64,000 nucleotides of DNA. Origin: Actinomycetota bacterium (GTDB taxonomy: Bacteria; Actinomycetota; Actinomycetes; Actinomycetales; Microbacteriaceae). Each line of letters opens with the position of its first letter. Within the stretch, counting starts at the first letter, position 1. The translations under genes were made by a program, and so were the position numbers. This document shows positions 32,714-42,382 of this stretch, in pieces. Under the pieces are notes generated by a model. The model made no database searches, was not told the origin of the DNA, and saw only the letters and a program-made list of their open reading frames with translations. The stretch lies in the NCBI GenBank assembly GCA_041180145.1, contig JBEGSA010000002.1, positions 14,583 through 78,582 of the forward strand, in the 5' to 3' direction.

Positions 32714-33362
32714 ACTTCTCAGTTCCGCGAGGCTTTACATTTGGTCGTTCGCGGCGGTTGGCGGCCGGAACCCACTTCACATCGCCGCCGTGGTTTACGT
32801 TCGCATAGCGAGCCAGAACAAATAGCAGGTCGCTGAGGCGGTTCAAATACTTGACGGCAAGAATGTTCACGCCGCCGTTGTGGTGGCCCTTTTTGGCCGG
32901 CTCGGTGCCGTATGCCTCGATTGCGTGCCAGGTCGCACGTTCTGCGCGGCGCACCACGGTGCGGGCCAGGTGAAGACCGGCGGCAAGGCCTGATCCGCCT
33001 GGCAGAATGAACGAGTCAAGTTTGGTCAAGTCTTTGTTGTAGTGGTCGATTGCCTCTTCGAGTGCGTCAATCCAAATCGCGTCAACACGAAGTGGCTCAT
33101 ACTCGTAGTGTTCGTTCAAAGGGTTTGATAGGTCTGCTCCTAGGTCGAACAGGTCATTCTGAATCTGGGATAGCAGGTGAAGGGTAGCCTCGTCGAATTC
33201 ATTCTTGGCCAGGCTAACAGCCACACCGATAGCCGAGTTTGCCTCGTCAACATCTGCGTAGGCCTCGATTCGGGGGTCGGTCTTTCTGGTGCGCGAAAAG
33301 TCGCTCAAACCGGTCATGCCTTCGTCGCCGGTGCGGGTGTAAATCTTAGTTAGTTTGACCAT
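32712..33362 (-). CDS. pduO: Cob(I)alamin adenosyltransferase (PduO type)
   Basis: KIYTRTGDEG, DEANS, QNDLFDLGADL, FILPGG, RRAER and YLNRLSD; start moved to ATG 33362 (leaderless, -10 TACACT). Confidence 0.93.
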   Translation of the reverse strand: MVKLTKIYTRTGDEGMTGLSDFSRTRKTDPRIEAYADVDEANSAIGVAVSLAKNEFDEATLHLLSQIQNDLFDLGADLSNPLNEHYEYEPLRVDAIWIDALEEAIDHYNKDLTKLDSFILPGGSGLAAGLHLARTVVRRAERATWHAIEAYGTEPAKKGHHNGGVNILAVKYLNRLSDLLFVLARYANVNHGGDVKWVPAANRRERPNVKPRGTEK

Positions 33363-33423
33363 GTTCCAAGTGTAGGTCGGTGTCTTGGCTGGGCTTCGCT
33401 GATTGTCGAAATAGCATTGAAAA

Positions 33424-34131
33424 ATGCTCTTCTTGCTGCCTCCATCCGAAACCAAAGCCCAAGGGGGCGGCGGGCTAACTATCGATCAGGTGGCCTTAAC
33501 TTTTGGCGGTTTGAACGCTGCACGCGACCTGGTTCGCAACGCTGCTGGTCTCGAGAGCGTTCTGACGATGCCCACCATGCCCGCAATTGATCGATACACC
33601 GGCACCCTTTACGGCGCAATACATGGGCGTGGCCTAAAGGGCACCCCAACAGAACACAATCAACTCTCAGCGCCAGAGCGTGCTCGAGCCAAAACATCGG
33701 TACTGGTTCAGTCGGCGCTGTTTGGCTTAATTCCGGTGACCGACCTGATTCCCGAATACAAGTTGAGCCCCACGAAGAATATCGGGGGAGTAAACCTCAA
33801 GAAAACTTGGAGCGAAGCACATTTGGCAATCTGGCCTAGGTTGCAGGGTTTAGTCATCGATCTGCGCTCGAAGTCTTATGCCGATCTCGCTCCCATTCCG
33901 AGTTCGGTTCAGCACTACACGGTCACCGTCTTTGTGGAGCGAGAAGATGGCATGCTCGAACAGTTGAACCACTTCAACAAGAAAGCCAAGGGGCAGTTGG
34001 TGCGTGCCGCTTTGATGGCAAAGAAGGCCCCCGAAACCATCAAGGATCTTCAAAAGTGTGCAGCGGCCGCGGGTTTGAAATTGAACGTAAAGGGCAACGA
34101 GCTAACCCTTATTACCGCTAGCGCCACCTAG
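33424..34131 (+). CDS. yaaA: Peroxide-stress protein YaaA (DUF328)
   Basis: LLPPSETK, PAIDRYTG.LY, SALFG, DLRS..Y and NHFNKKAKG. Confidence 0.88.
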   Translation: MLFLLPPSETKAQGGGGLTIDQVALTFGGLNAARDLVRNAAGLESVLTMPTMPAIDRYTGTLYGAIHGRGLKGTPTEHNQLSAPERARAKTSVLVQSALFGLIPVTDLIPEYKLSPTKNIGGVNLKKTWSEAHLAIWPRLQGLVIDLRSKSYADLAPIPSSVQHYTVTVFVEREDGMLEQLNHFNKKAKGQLVRAALMAKKAPETIKDLQKCAAAAGLKLNVKGNELTLITASAT

Positions 34132-35250
34132 CCCGAACATCGGATCAACCATCGGTTCAACCATCACTGGATCTGGTAACTCGATCACACCTTCAATCAA
34201 CGAGACCACGAAATTCACCGAGCCCTCATCGCCGGTCAAGGCAAGCCCAGGGACAAGCCATGATCCGAAATTCTTGTCCCAAACCTGCAGCAACAAAGGC
34301 TTTGCCGCTTTGATCGTTACTGTGACCTCGGTCGGCTGCTGTTCAGGTTGCGCGGGAGTCGAAACATCTCGGTTAGTAACCGAGTAAACCGGAAATTCGC
34401 CTTGCGCGGGGCTTCCATACCAACGCCAGTCGCTAAGTCGTTGTACTGCCGCCACAGCTGAAACGGTGTCATAGCTGCCGCGATCGACAACCCGAACCGA
34501 GTGCCCGCCAGCCCAGGCTAGGCGGCCTTTCGAGTCATAGCCAATATTCCAAGTTATGGCGGTTTCTTGACCGGCGACGCTCAAGCTCGCACTGGCACCA
34601 GCTGACCAATCGTCTTTGTAAACGCTGATCTCTTGCTTGCTAACTGAGAGTCCGGTTGCGTTAAAGATGCGAAGTGCGTCTCGCACGATTTGAGATTCGC
34701 TGGGCAATAACTCGGGGGTGGGCTTTTGCTCGACATATTCTGAGCAGTACTCCGAACCGTCTTCGGCTTTCTGAGTGATTTTGCATTCAGGCTCAGAGGC
34801 AGTCACAAAGTTATTGAAGTACCAGTTTCCGGTTCCGCCCCACCAAATATTCACGCTCGAGCCGGTTCCGTCCTCGGTGCCGATGAAATACGAGGGGCTC
34901 TCTGGGCTCCACTGGCTGCTTTGCTTAACTTCACCCGATACTCCCAGCGCGGCTGCGGCTCGTGCCAGCACCGATTCTGGTCTGCCTTCGAGCAACAGTT
35001 GATACACGTGGCCCTGTCCGGCATCGTTGCTTAGGTTCGCGCCAGCTAAGTAGGTGTAGTTCACCGGGTTTATCATCATTTTGTCGCTGGCAAGTTTGCC
35101 TTCAGCAGCGTCAAGCATCGAAGCGTTTGCAGGTTGGTCAGGCGATAGTGAGATTAAGGGGCTGCGTGGCAAGAGGCTGCCAGCAATCAACAAGACCACC
35201 GCAATTGCTAGCAGTGCAATCGAACCAGTAGCGAACCGTTTTGTGAACAT
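34102..35250 (-). CDS. Hypothetical membrane-anchored extracytoplasmic protein
   Basis: Long ORF with N-terminal TM/signal and a Trp/Gly/Ser-rich body with a Cys pair; likely start ATG 35250 (MFTKRF), 6 nt after GATACT. Confidence 0.65.
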   Translation of the reverse strand: MFTKRFATGSIALLAIAVVLLIAGSLLPRSPLISLSPDQPANASMLDAAEGKLASDKMMINPVNYTYLAGANLSNDAGQGHVYQLLLEGRPESVLARAAAALGVSGEVKQSSQWSPESPSYFIGTEDGTGSSVNIWWGGTGNWYFNNFVTASEPECKITQKAEDGSEYCSEYVEQKPTPELLPSESQIVRDALRIFNATGLSVSKQEISVYKDDWSAGASASLSVAGQETAITWNIGYDSKGRLAWAGGHSVRVVDRGSYDTVSAVAAVQRLSDWRWYGSPAQGEFPVYSVTNRDVSTPAQPEQQPTEVTVTIKAAKPLLLQVWDKNFGSWLVPGLALTGDEGSVNFVVSLIEGVIELPDPVMVEPMVDPMFGLGGASGNKG

Positions 35251-35254
35251 AGAT

Positions 35255-35821
35255 TCAGTATCGCCTAAAACAACCTGGTGCATGGTCTTGAACCATGCCG
35301 ATTGCCTGCATCATTGCATACATGGTGGTTGGGCCGACAAAGCCGAAGCCCCTACTTCGAAGTTCTTTGCTTAGCGCGGTTGATTCAGTGCTGGTGGCCA
35401 GCCACTCAAAATCTTCGCGGTCGTTCGTTGGCCTGAAGCTCCAGACTAAGTCGCTGATGCTCTCGTCGTTCGACTGCATGTCAAGAATGAGATTTGCGTT
35501 CTTAATTGTGCTCAGAATTTTGGCTCGATTTCTGATGATTCGAGCGTCCAACATCAATCTATCGACATCTGAATCTTGCATATTTGCCACGCTGTGCAAA
35601 TCAAACCCTTGAAACACCTCGCGAAAACCCTCGCGTCGTCTCAAAATTGTCAGCCATGAGAGCCCGGCTTGAAATCCTTCTAGGGTGAGGCGTTCAAAGA
35701 TTGCCTGGTCGCCTCGCACTTCGACGCCCCACTCGGTGTCGTGATACTCGCGATAGAGCAGGTCGTCTGTCAGCCAAGCACAACGGGCCAATCCATCATC
35801 AAATTGTTTTGTAAAGCTCAT
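35255..35821 (-). CDS. tag: DNA-3-methyladenine glycosylase I
   Basis: RCAW, YHDTEWG, LEGFQAGLSW, IIRNRAKI, FVGPTT and DH..GC. Confidence 0.95.
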   Translation of the reverse strand: MSFTKQFDDGLARCAWLTDDLLYREYHDTEWGVEVRGDQAIFERLTLEGFQAGLSWLTILRRREGFREVFQGFDLHSVANMQDSDVDRLMLDARIIRNRAKILSTIKNANLILDMQSNDESISDLVWSFRPTNDREDFEWLATSTESTALSKELRSRGFGFVGPTTMYAMMQAIGMVQDHAPGCFRRY

Positions 35822-36303
35822 TCTTTGGCAGTCAAGCCTTCAAGCCTAAGAAGCCACCGCTTGGTTGGCAGACCGTCTCCACCTGAATATCCGGTAATTT
35901 TGCCCGATGCTCCTAGCACACGGTGGCATCCAACGATGAGTGGCACCGGATTAGCGCCAACTGCGCCACCGACAGCCCTTGAGCCTTTGGGCTTGCCGAT
36001 TGCCGCGGCGATGTCAGCGTAGGTTTTGGTCTCACCGAAGCCGATTTTGGCGATCTGTGCCCATACCGCCTTTTGAAAATCTGTCCCCTGCAAATCGACC
36101 GCGAAGTCGAGCACCTTGCTTTTGCCGGCAAAATAGCGCTTCAACTGCTTTTCGGCCTCGGCCAAGACCTTTGCCTTGCCCAACGGTGCAATGGCGTCGG
36201 CGCCCATAGTTAGGAAAACGATTTTTTCATTCTTGGCATAGAGGGCAATCGAGCCAATTGGCGAATCAAACTGTGCGCTTGCGTCAAAGTCTTTTCTAAT
36301 CAT
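35818..36303 (-). CDS. ogt: Methylated-DNA--protein-cysteine methyltransferase
   Basis: GTDFQKAVW, RAVGGAVGANP and the active-site CHRV. Confidence 0.93.
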   Translation of the reverse strand: MIRKDFDASAQFDSPIGSIALYAKNEKIVFLTMGADAIAPLGKAKVLAEAEKQLKRYFAGKSKVLDFAVDLQGTDFQKAVWAQIAKIGFGETKTYADIAAAIGKPKGSRAVGGAVGANPVPLIVGCHRVLGASGKITGYSGGDGLPTKRWLLRLEGLTAKE

Positions 36304-36340
36304 GTTTCCAACCTAGGTTTGCCTTTGGTCTATCCAAACA

Positions 36341-36376
36341 CGAAAGCCGGATCTGTAGAAAAGATCCGGCTTTCGT
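36341..36376 (-). terminator. Intrinsic terminator after the class III aminotransferase
   Basis: Inverted repeat CGAAAGCCGGATCT...AGATCCGGCTTTCG. Confidence 0.75.
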
Positions 36377-36388
36377 CAATGTTGATAA

Positions 36389-37831
36389 CTACATCGCTTT
36401 CCATGCTTCATCGAGGCAAGATCGCAAGATCTGCTCGATCTCGTTGAACTCGTCGCGACCGATGGTTAGCGGTGGAGCGAGCTGCACAACCGGGTCGCCA
36501 CGGTCGTCAGATCGGCAGTAGAGCCCTTCCTCAAACATGCGGTGCGACAAGATGCCTCGCAGCAGCTTCTCCGACTCTGCGTCGTTGAAGGTCTCCTTGG
36601 TTTCCTTGTTCTTGACTAGTTCGATGGCCCAGAAATATCCTTCGCCACGAACATCGCCAACGATTGGTAGGTCCTTCAGCTTTTCTAGGGTGCGACGGAA
36701 CTCTGGAGCATTGCGAGCGACGTTGCCAACCAAGTCTTCTTCATCGAAGATGTCTAGGTTTTCGAGTGCGACTGCGCAAGAGACCGGGTGGCCACCGTAG
36801 GTGTATCCGTGCGGGAACAGCGCAGTGCCATGCTTGAAAGGTTCGAAGAGCTTTTCGGCAACCATCAATGCGCCGATTGGTGCGTAAGCCGAGGTCATGC
36901 CCTTTGCACAAACCAACATGTCGGGCTCGAAATCGTACATGTTTGATGCAAACATGCTGCCAACACGCCCAAAGCCATCGATGGTCTCATCGGCGACAAT
37001 CAACACGTCGTATTTGTCGCAAATTTCACGGATTTTCTTGAAGTAGCTCTTTGGCGCGGTGAAACATCCACCAGAGTTTTGAACCGGCTCAAGGAAAAAC
37101 GCCGCTACGGTGTCTGGGTCTTCGAACAGAATCATCTCTTCGACGCGATCAGCCGCCCACTGGCCAAACTCTTCTTCGGTCTCAAACTGATCTTGAGCGC
37201 GGTACCAGTTTGTATTTGGCACACGGAAGGTCGATGGAACCAGCGGTTCAAAGGCCTTCTTCATGGATGGTATGCCGGTTAGCGACAAGGCGCCGTGCGA
37301 AGTGCCGTGATAAGCAACCGAGCGAGTCAATACCTTGTGCTTCATCGGCTTGCCGGTCATTTTGAAGTACTGCTTGGCTAGTTTCCAAGCCGTTTCGTTT
37401 GCCTCGCCACCGCCGGTGGTGAAGAACACTCGCGAAAGGTTCTTCGGTGCGTATGAAAGCAGGCGCTCGGATAGCTCGATGCCTGGCTTGTGCGCGTGCG
37501 ACCAAAGCGGAAAGTAATCGAGCTCTTTCATCTGCTTCGCTGCAGCTTCGGCTAGGCGTTCACGTCCGTGACCAGCATTTACCGAGAACAGGCTCGAGAT
37601 GCCGTCGAAGTAGCGCTTGCCGTTTTGGTCCCAGAAGTGGTGGCCCTGGGCATGGGTAATGATTGGAATTTCACCGTTCTTGGTATAGAACGGGCTGTGG
37701 CGGGTGAAGTGCAAAAACATGTTGTCTTTTGCGGCCTGCTGCAGCATTTGCGGGGTTGCTTCTTGACCTGCTCGTCGAGCGTCTAGAAGCGGGGTGGCGG
37801 ATTCTGCTTTCTTACGATTCCAGATAGCCAT
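36389..37831 (-). CDS. Class III PLP aminotransferase (polyamine/putrescine:pyruvate, SpuC-like)
   Basis: GGEANE, AYHG, EPVQNSGG, DETIDGFGR, CAKG and HGYTYGGHP; located in the polyamine cluster. Confidence 0.85.
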   Translation of the reverse strand: MAIWNRKKAESATPLLDARRAGQEATPQMLQQAAKDNMFLHFTRHSPFYTKNGEIPIITHAQGHHFWDQNGKRYFDGISSLFSVNAGHGRERLAEAAAKQMKELDYFPLWSHAHKPGIELSERLLSYAPKNLSRVFFTTGGGEANETAWKLAKQYFKMTGKPMKHKVLTRSVAYHGTSHGALSLTGIPSMKKAFEPLVPSTFRVPNTNWYRAQDQFETEEEFGQWAADRVEEMILFEDPDTVAAFFLEPVQNSGGCFTAPKSYFKKIREICDKYDVLIVADETIDGFGRVGSMFASNMYDFEPDMLVCAKGMTSAYAPIGALMVAEKLFEPFKHGTALFPHGYTYGGHPVSCAVALENLDIFDEEDLVGNVARNAPEFRRTLEKLKDLPIVGDVRGEGYFWAIELVKNKETKETFNDAESEKLLRGILSHRMFEEGLYCRSDDRGDPVVQLAPPLTIGRDEFNEIEQILRSCLDEAWKAM

Positions 37832-37866
37832 TTGATATCACTCTTTACATTGGGTTTTCAGGGGAA

Positions 37867-38340
37867 TCATCTGGTTCCCCAGTTGTATACCTGCTTCGCA
37901 ACCTTCAAATACACGAACGTTTCGGTAGAGGTCACTCCGGGCAGTGTCCGGATCTTTGAATTGAGTAGCGCGATGAGATCGTCATCGTTCTCGCACACCA
38001 CTTCAACCAAAATGTCAAAACTTCCAGCGGTCATTACTACGTAGTCGACTTCAGGCATCTCGGCCATTGCTTCGGCAACTTCGCGAGTGTCGCCGCCGCA
38101 GCGCACGCCAATCATGGCCTGACGATAGAAACCAAGCTGCATCGGGTCGGTTACTGCAACTACCTGCATTACGCCCGAGTCGGTTAGTTTTTGAACGCGC
38201 TGGCGAACTGCCGCCTCGCTAAGGCCAACCTTCTTGCCGATTTCGGCGTATGAACGGCGCCCGTCGAGTTGCAACTGCTCAACGATCGCCTTAGATACGT
38301 CGTCTAGTTGGCTCGATTTGGTGCGCATTACTCTGGACAT
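37867..38340 (-). CDS. Lrp/AsnC family transcriptional regulator
   Basis: LQLDGRRSYAEIGKKVGLSEAAVRQRV HTH and GSFD; start moved to ATG 38340 (-10 CAAACT, leaderless). Confidence 0.93.
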   Translation of the reverse strand: MSRVMRTKSSQLDDVSKAIVEQLQLDGRRSYAEIGKKVGLSEAAVRQRVQKLTDSGVMQVVAVTDPMQLGFYRQAMIGVRCGGDTREVAEAMAEMPEVDYVVMTAGSFDILVEVVCENDDDLIALLNSKIRTLPGVTSTETFVYLKVAKQVYNWGTR

Positions 38341-38494
38341 GTTTCGAGTTTGGCAGTCAAAATGGCTTTCCGCAAACGAATCCGCACCCGTTTCGCGATA
38401 TTGCGACTGATTTGATAGCAAAATGTTGCAAATCGGTCCGAAATTCGTGACTAGAATCGCATCAACAGCGCAATTGCTCGAAGAGGAGTCACAA

Positions 38495-39931
38495 GTGTCG
38501 GTTCGCGAACTCAAGAATTTTGTCAACGGTGAATATGTTTCGGCCAAATCTGGTGAGACCAGCGATGTGATTAATCCGGCCACCGGCGAGACCTACGCAA
38601 CGGCACCTGTTTCTTCAGCCTCGGATGTCGCTAGCGCCTACCAGGCCGCCGAAAAAGCCTTTGAAGAGTGGAGCCAGTTCACGCCGGGCGAGCGCCAGTT
38701 GGCTCTGTTCAGAATCGCAGATGCTCTTGAGGCCAGAGCTGAAGAGGCGGCAGATGTCGAGTCAGAAAACACTGGAAAGCCTCGAAGCACTCTTGTCGAA
38801 TACGAGATGGCACCTTCGGTTGATCAAATTCGCTTCTTCGCCGGAGCCGCTCGAAACCTAGAAGGTCGCGCAACGGCCGAGTACGCGCGAGACCACACAT
38901 CTTCTATCCGACGTGAGCCAATCGGCGTAATTGGCCAGGTAACCCCTTGGAACTACCCGCTAAACATGGCGGTATGGAAGTTCGCGCCAGCGATTGCTGC
39001 CGGAAACACCGTGGTGTTGAAACCATCCGACACCACACCTGCGTCGACTCTTTTGCTCGCCGAAATTGCTGCCGAGTTTTTGCCAAAGGGCGTTTTCAAC
39101 GTAGTCGCCGGCAACCGTGATACCGGTCGAGCAATGATCGAAAATGAGATCCCTCAGATGGTGTCCATCACCGGTTCGGTGCGTGCCGGCATGGAGGTCG
39201 CTAAGTCGGCAGCCACAGACCTAAAGCGAGTGCATCTAGAGCTCGGAGGCAAGGCACCGGTAATTGTTTGCGCCGACGCCGACCTACAAAAAGCTGCAGC
39301 GCAGATCGCCATCGCAGGTTTCTTCAATGCCGGGCAAGACTGCACTGCGGCAACCCGCATCCTGGTTCATGAATCTGTGCACGATGAGTTTTTGGCACTA
39401 CTGGTAGCTGAGGTAAAAGCGACTGCAACCACCGGAGACCCAAGCCGCGACGATATTTTGTATGGCCCGGTCAACAATGTGAACCAGCTCGAGCGGGTTC
39501 AAGGTTTCATCGACCGTTTGCCTGACCATGCAAACCTTGAAACCGGTGGCGTGCGTGTCGGTGACCGAGGTTACTTCTTAGAGGCCGCAGTTCTGTCTGG
39601 CTTGAAGCAAAAAGACGAGCACATTCAAAGCGAAATTTTCGGCCCCGTGGTTACCGTTCAAAAATTCAGCACCGATGAAGAGGCACTTCGTTGGGCAAAT
39701 GATGTCAAATACGGTTTGGCATCTTCGGTATGGACTCAAAACCACACCCGAGCCCTGCGTTTTTCAAAGTCTCTCAACTTCGGTTGCGTGTGGATCAATA
39801 CACACATTCCGCTTGCTGCCGAAATGCCTCACGGCGGTTTCCGCCACTCGGGCTACGGCAAAGACCTATCGCAATACGGATTCGAAGACTACACCCGCAT
39901 CAAGCACGTCATGTCTTACATCGGCGAGTAA
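38495..39931 (+). CDS. Gamma-aminobutyraldehyde dehydrogenase (PatD/YdcW-like)
   Basis: PWNYPL, ELGGKAP, NAGQDCTA, EIFGP and EMPHGG; start GTG 38495 behind RBS GAGGAG. Confidence 0.9.
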   Translation: MSVRELKNFVNGEYVSAKSGETSDVINPATGETYATAPVSSASDVASAYQAAEKAFEEWSQFTPGERQLALFRIADALEARAEEAADVESENTGKPRSTLVEYEMAPSVDQIRFFAGAARNLEGRATAEYARDHTSSIRREPIGVIGQVTPWNYPLNMAVWKFAPAIAAGNTVVLKPSDTTPASTLLLAEIAAEFLPKGVFNVVAGNRDTGRAMIENEIPQMVSITGSVRAGMEVAKSAATDLKRVHLELGGKAPVIVCADADLQKAAAQIAIAGFFNAGQDCTAATRILVHESVHDEFLALLVAEVKATATTGDPSRDDILYGPVNNVNQLERVQGFIDRLPDHANLETGGVRVGDRGYFLEAAVLSGLKQKDEHIQSEIFGPVVTVQKFSTDEEALRWANDVKYGLASSVWTQNHTRALRFSKSLNFGCVWINTHIPLAAEMPHGGFRHSGYGKDLSQYGFEDYTRIKHVMSYIGE

Positions 39932-40011
39932 GTGAGCCGGTGGGAAACCACTTTTCCACAGATTTGACCTAGCCGGCCGACCTGGCGTTGAGCTCATTGA
40001 ACACTGGATGA

Positions 40012-41064
40012 ATGCAGCTCGCCTGGATTCTTCCGTCTCTGGTTCTTGGCGCTTATCTTGGAGCCACCACCGGTTCTTGGTACATGCTGGCAATGTCTGG
40101 AATGAGTGGGTTAATCGCCTGGTTCGTTCGCGGGCGCCAAGCCTATCGACTGCACCCAGATGCAGTCATTCGTGAAGTCGGCCGCCGTCATTATCTTGGC
40201 GAAAAGCGCCTACCCCGGGCCCAAATCTTTTGGCGCAAGGCATGGGTTGAGGTGGCCGCTGAACACCTTGCCAGCCAAAGGGCTAAAAGACTTAACGTCG
40301 AGCGGCTGGAACAACTTCAACGGCTAGGTTTTGCCGAACCGGGTCAGTCACACCTCTGGCTTGGCCTGCGCAATGGCGCCGATGTGACCATCGACCTAGC
40401 TGGTTCGGCGCCACACCTATTAATCGTTGGCCCCACCGGCTCAGGCAAGAGCGAGCTTTGTCGGCTGTTGACAGTCGGTTTGGCCAACCTGCCTAAGGCT
40501 CCCTACGAGTTGGCTTTCATCGACTTCAAAGGGGGAGCGACCTTCGGTTTTTTGACAGCGCATCCAAGTGTTGTTGGCATGGCCACCGATCTTGAAGACC
40601 ACAAACTTTTCTCAGCAGGCTTGGCGGCCGAGTTGGCAAGGCGAGAAAGGCTGTTTGCTGATTCCTCGTGTTCTAGCATCGATGAGTATCGACAAATTGA
40701 ACCCTTGAAACGCATGGTTGTGATCATCGACGAAGCCACGACCTACATGCGCTCCGGCCAGGTCGCGGCCGAGTTGGTCGAATCACTTGCCGCCAGAGGC
40801 CGAAGTCTAGGAGTTCACCTCATTCTTGCCAGTCAAACTTTGACAGGTTTACCAAGGCAAGTTCTGGCCAATGTTCGACTGCGAATTGCGGTCGGTGATG
40901 TTGACCCGGTTGACCTGATGCAGATGGGAATGCACTCGAGATCAGAGACACAACGCTCGAATCACGAAACTAACTGGCGGCCAGCGAAACTTCTTGACGA
41001 AAATTCGCGAATTCAAGAATTCGTTTTTCCGCTTGGGGCAACCAAAAACTGTGGCAGTATTTGA
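40012..41064 (+). CDS. Minimal membrane-anchored FtsK/SpoIIIE (EccC/EssC-like) P-loop ATPase
   Basis: Two N-terminal TMs; PHLLIVGPTGSGKSE, IDFKGGATF, VVIIDE and ARGRSLGVHLILASQ. Confidence 0.82.
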   Translation: MQLAWILPSLVLGAYLGATTGSWYMLAMSGMSGLIAWFVRGRQAYRLHPDAVIREVGRRHYLGEKRLPRAQIFWRKAWVEVAAEHLASQRAKRLNVERLEQLQRLGFAEPGQSHLWLGLRNGADVTIDLAGSAPHLLIVGPTGSGKSELCRLLTVGLANLPKAPYELAFIDFKGGATFGFLTAHPSVVGMATDLEDHKLFSAGLAAELARRERLFADSSCSSIDEYRQIEPLKRMVVIIDEATTYMRSGQVAAELVESLAARGRSLGVHLILASQTLTGLPRQVLANVRLRIAVGDVDPVDLMQMGMHSRSETQRSNHETNWRPAKLLDENSRIQEFVFPLGATKNCGSI

Positions 41065-41139
41065 TTAGATGCGCTTTCGGGTGCATTTGGTTGTGTTGGT
41101 CGGGCCAATGTTGGCCCCTCTTGTATAGGAGTCACGGCA

Positions 41140-42381
41140 ATGAATAAGCCTCTTCCAGAAGACCCAATGATGCGCGACTTGGTCAAAATGGCCCGCCGTC
41201 ACCAAATGACTCGACGTGCGGCTCTGGCCGGCGCCGGCGCCGCAGCAACAACGCTTGCTTTAGCAGCTTGTTCCCCAGCCGGAAACTCATCCACGGCTCT
41301 AACTCCTGCGACCGACGTATCTGACACCGAGAAGACTCTGGTTTGGCACAACTGGCCGGCATACATGGATGAATCGGAAGACGGCAAGACATACCCAACC
41401 CTCGCGCGCTTCGAAGAGCAATCAGGCATCAAGGTCGAATACAAAATTGAGATCGACGACAACAACAGCTACTACGGCAAGGTAAAAGACCAGCTAGCGC
41501 TGGGTCAAGACATCGGTGCCGACATTGCTTGCCCAACCGAGTGGTTGGTGGCACGTCTAGTCAACCTTGGTTACGTTCAGACTTTCGACGAAGCAAACAT
41601 TCCAAACAAGGCCAACCTGGCACCTGCCTACCTAGGCAACTCTTTTGACCCTAAGCGCGAAAAGTCTCTGCCTTGGCAGGGCATTCTTTCGGGAATCGGC
41701 TACAACAAGAAGGCGTACAAGGCTGCAACGGGCAAGGATGCACCGACTTCAATGGCCGACCTATGGGCACCTGAGCTCAAGGGCCGCATCGGCGTGCTGT
41801 CAGAGATGCGCGACACAATCGGCCTCATCCTTCTTGAGCAGGGCATCGACATCACCAGCGATTCGAGCCTTACTCTCGACGCATTCATGAATGCACTCGA
41901 CTTCTTCGAGGGTAAAGTCAACGATGGTCAAATCGCCAAGATTAAGGGCAACAGTTACCTAGAAGACCTGAAGAACGGCGACACCATTGCAGCGGTTGCG
42001 TGGTCTGGCGACATCACCGTCATCAACGCCGAGACCGATGGCGACAACTTTGGTTTTGTTTTCCCAGAAGCTGGTGCAACAATTTCGGCTGACTCGTTCG
42101 TTATTCCTATGGGTGCGACTCACAAGAAGAACGCCGAAGCGCTGATGAACTACTACTACGACCCAGTAAACGCTGCCGAGTTGGCCGCCTGGGTCAACTA
42201 CGTCACTCCTGTGGTTGGCGCAAAAGAAGAGGCCATCAAACTTGACCCGGCTTTGGCTGAAAACCAGCTAATTTTCCCAAGTGCAGAAACCTTGGCTAAG
42301 ACCCACGCTTTCCGTGCTCTGAGCGGTTCTGAGGAGCAGAAGTTCACTGCTGCCTTCCAGAAGATTTTGCTGGGTGCATAA
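41140..42381 (+). CDS. potD: Spermidine/putrescine ABC transporter substrate-binding lipoprotein (Tat)
   Basis: TRR Tat motif with LAAC lipobox; NWPAY and WSGD. Confidence 0.88.
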   Translation: MNKPLPEDPMMRDLVKMARRHQMTRRAALAGAGAAATTLALAACSPAGNSSTALTPATDVSDTEKTLVWHNWPAYMDESEDGKTYPTLARFEEQSGIKVEYKIEIDDNNSYYGKVKDQLALGQDIGADIACPTEWLVARLVNLGYVQTFDEANIPNKANLAPAYLGNSFDPKREKSLPWQGILSGIGYNKKAYKAATGKDAPTSMADLWAPELKGRIGVLSEMRDTIGLILLEQGIDITSDSSLTLDAFMNALDFFEGKVNDGQIAKIKGNSYLEDLKNGDTIAAVAWSGDITVINAETDGDNFGFVFPEAGATISADSFVIPMGATHKKNAEALMNYYYDPVNAAELAAWVNYVTPVVGAKEEAIKLDPALAENQLIFPSAETLAKTHAFRALSGSEEQKFTAAFQKILLGA

Positions 42382-42382
42382 G

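Noticed and set aside
33369-33384. GACAC (WhiA-like motif) 5 nt upstream of the pduO -10 box
   Set aside because: A single 5-mer is too short to support, and pduO is not an expected WhiA target.
37867-38583. Apparent 161-nt head-to-head overlap between the asnC and aldehyde dehydrogenase ORFs
   Set aside because: It is an artefact of longest-ORF start calls; the corrected starts (38340 and 38495) leave a normal divergent promoter spacer.
39939-39961. Treating the CTTTTCCACAG box before the FtsK-like gene as a definite third regulon site
   Set aside because: It has the opposite orientation and different spacing, and it also forms a hairpin (GTGGGAAA/TTTTCCAC) that could terminate the dehydrogenase transcript. 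It is mentioned only as tentative.
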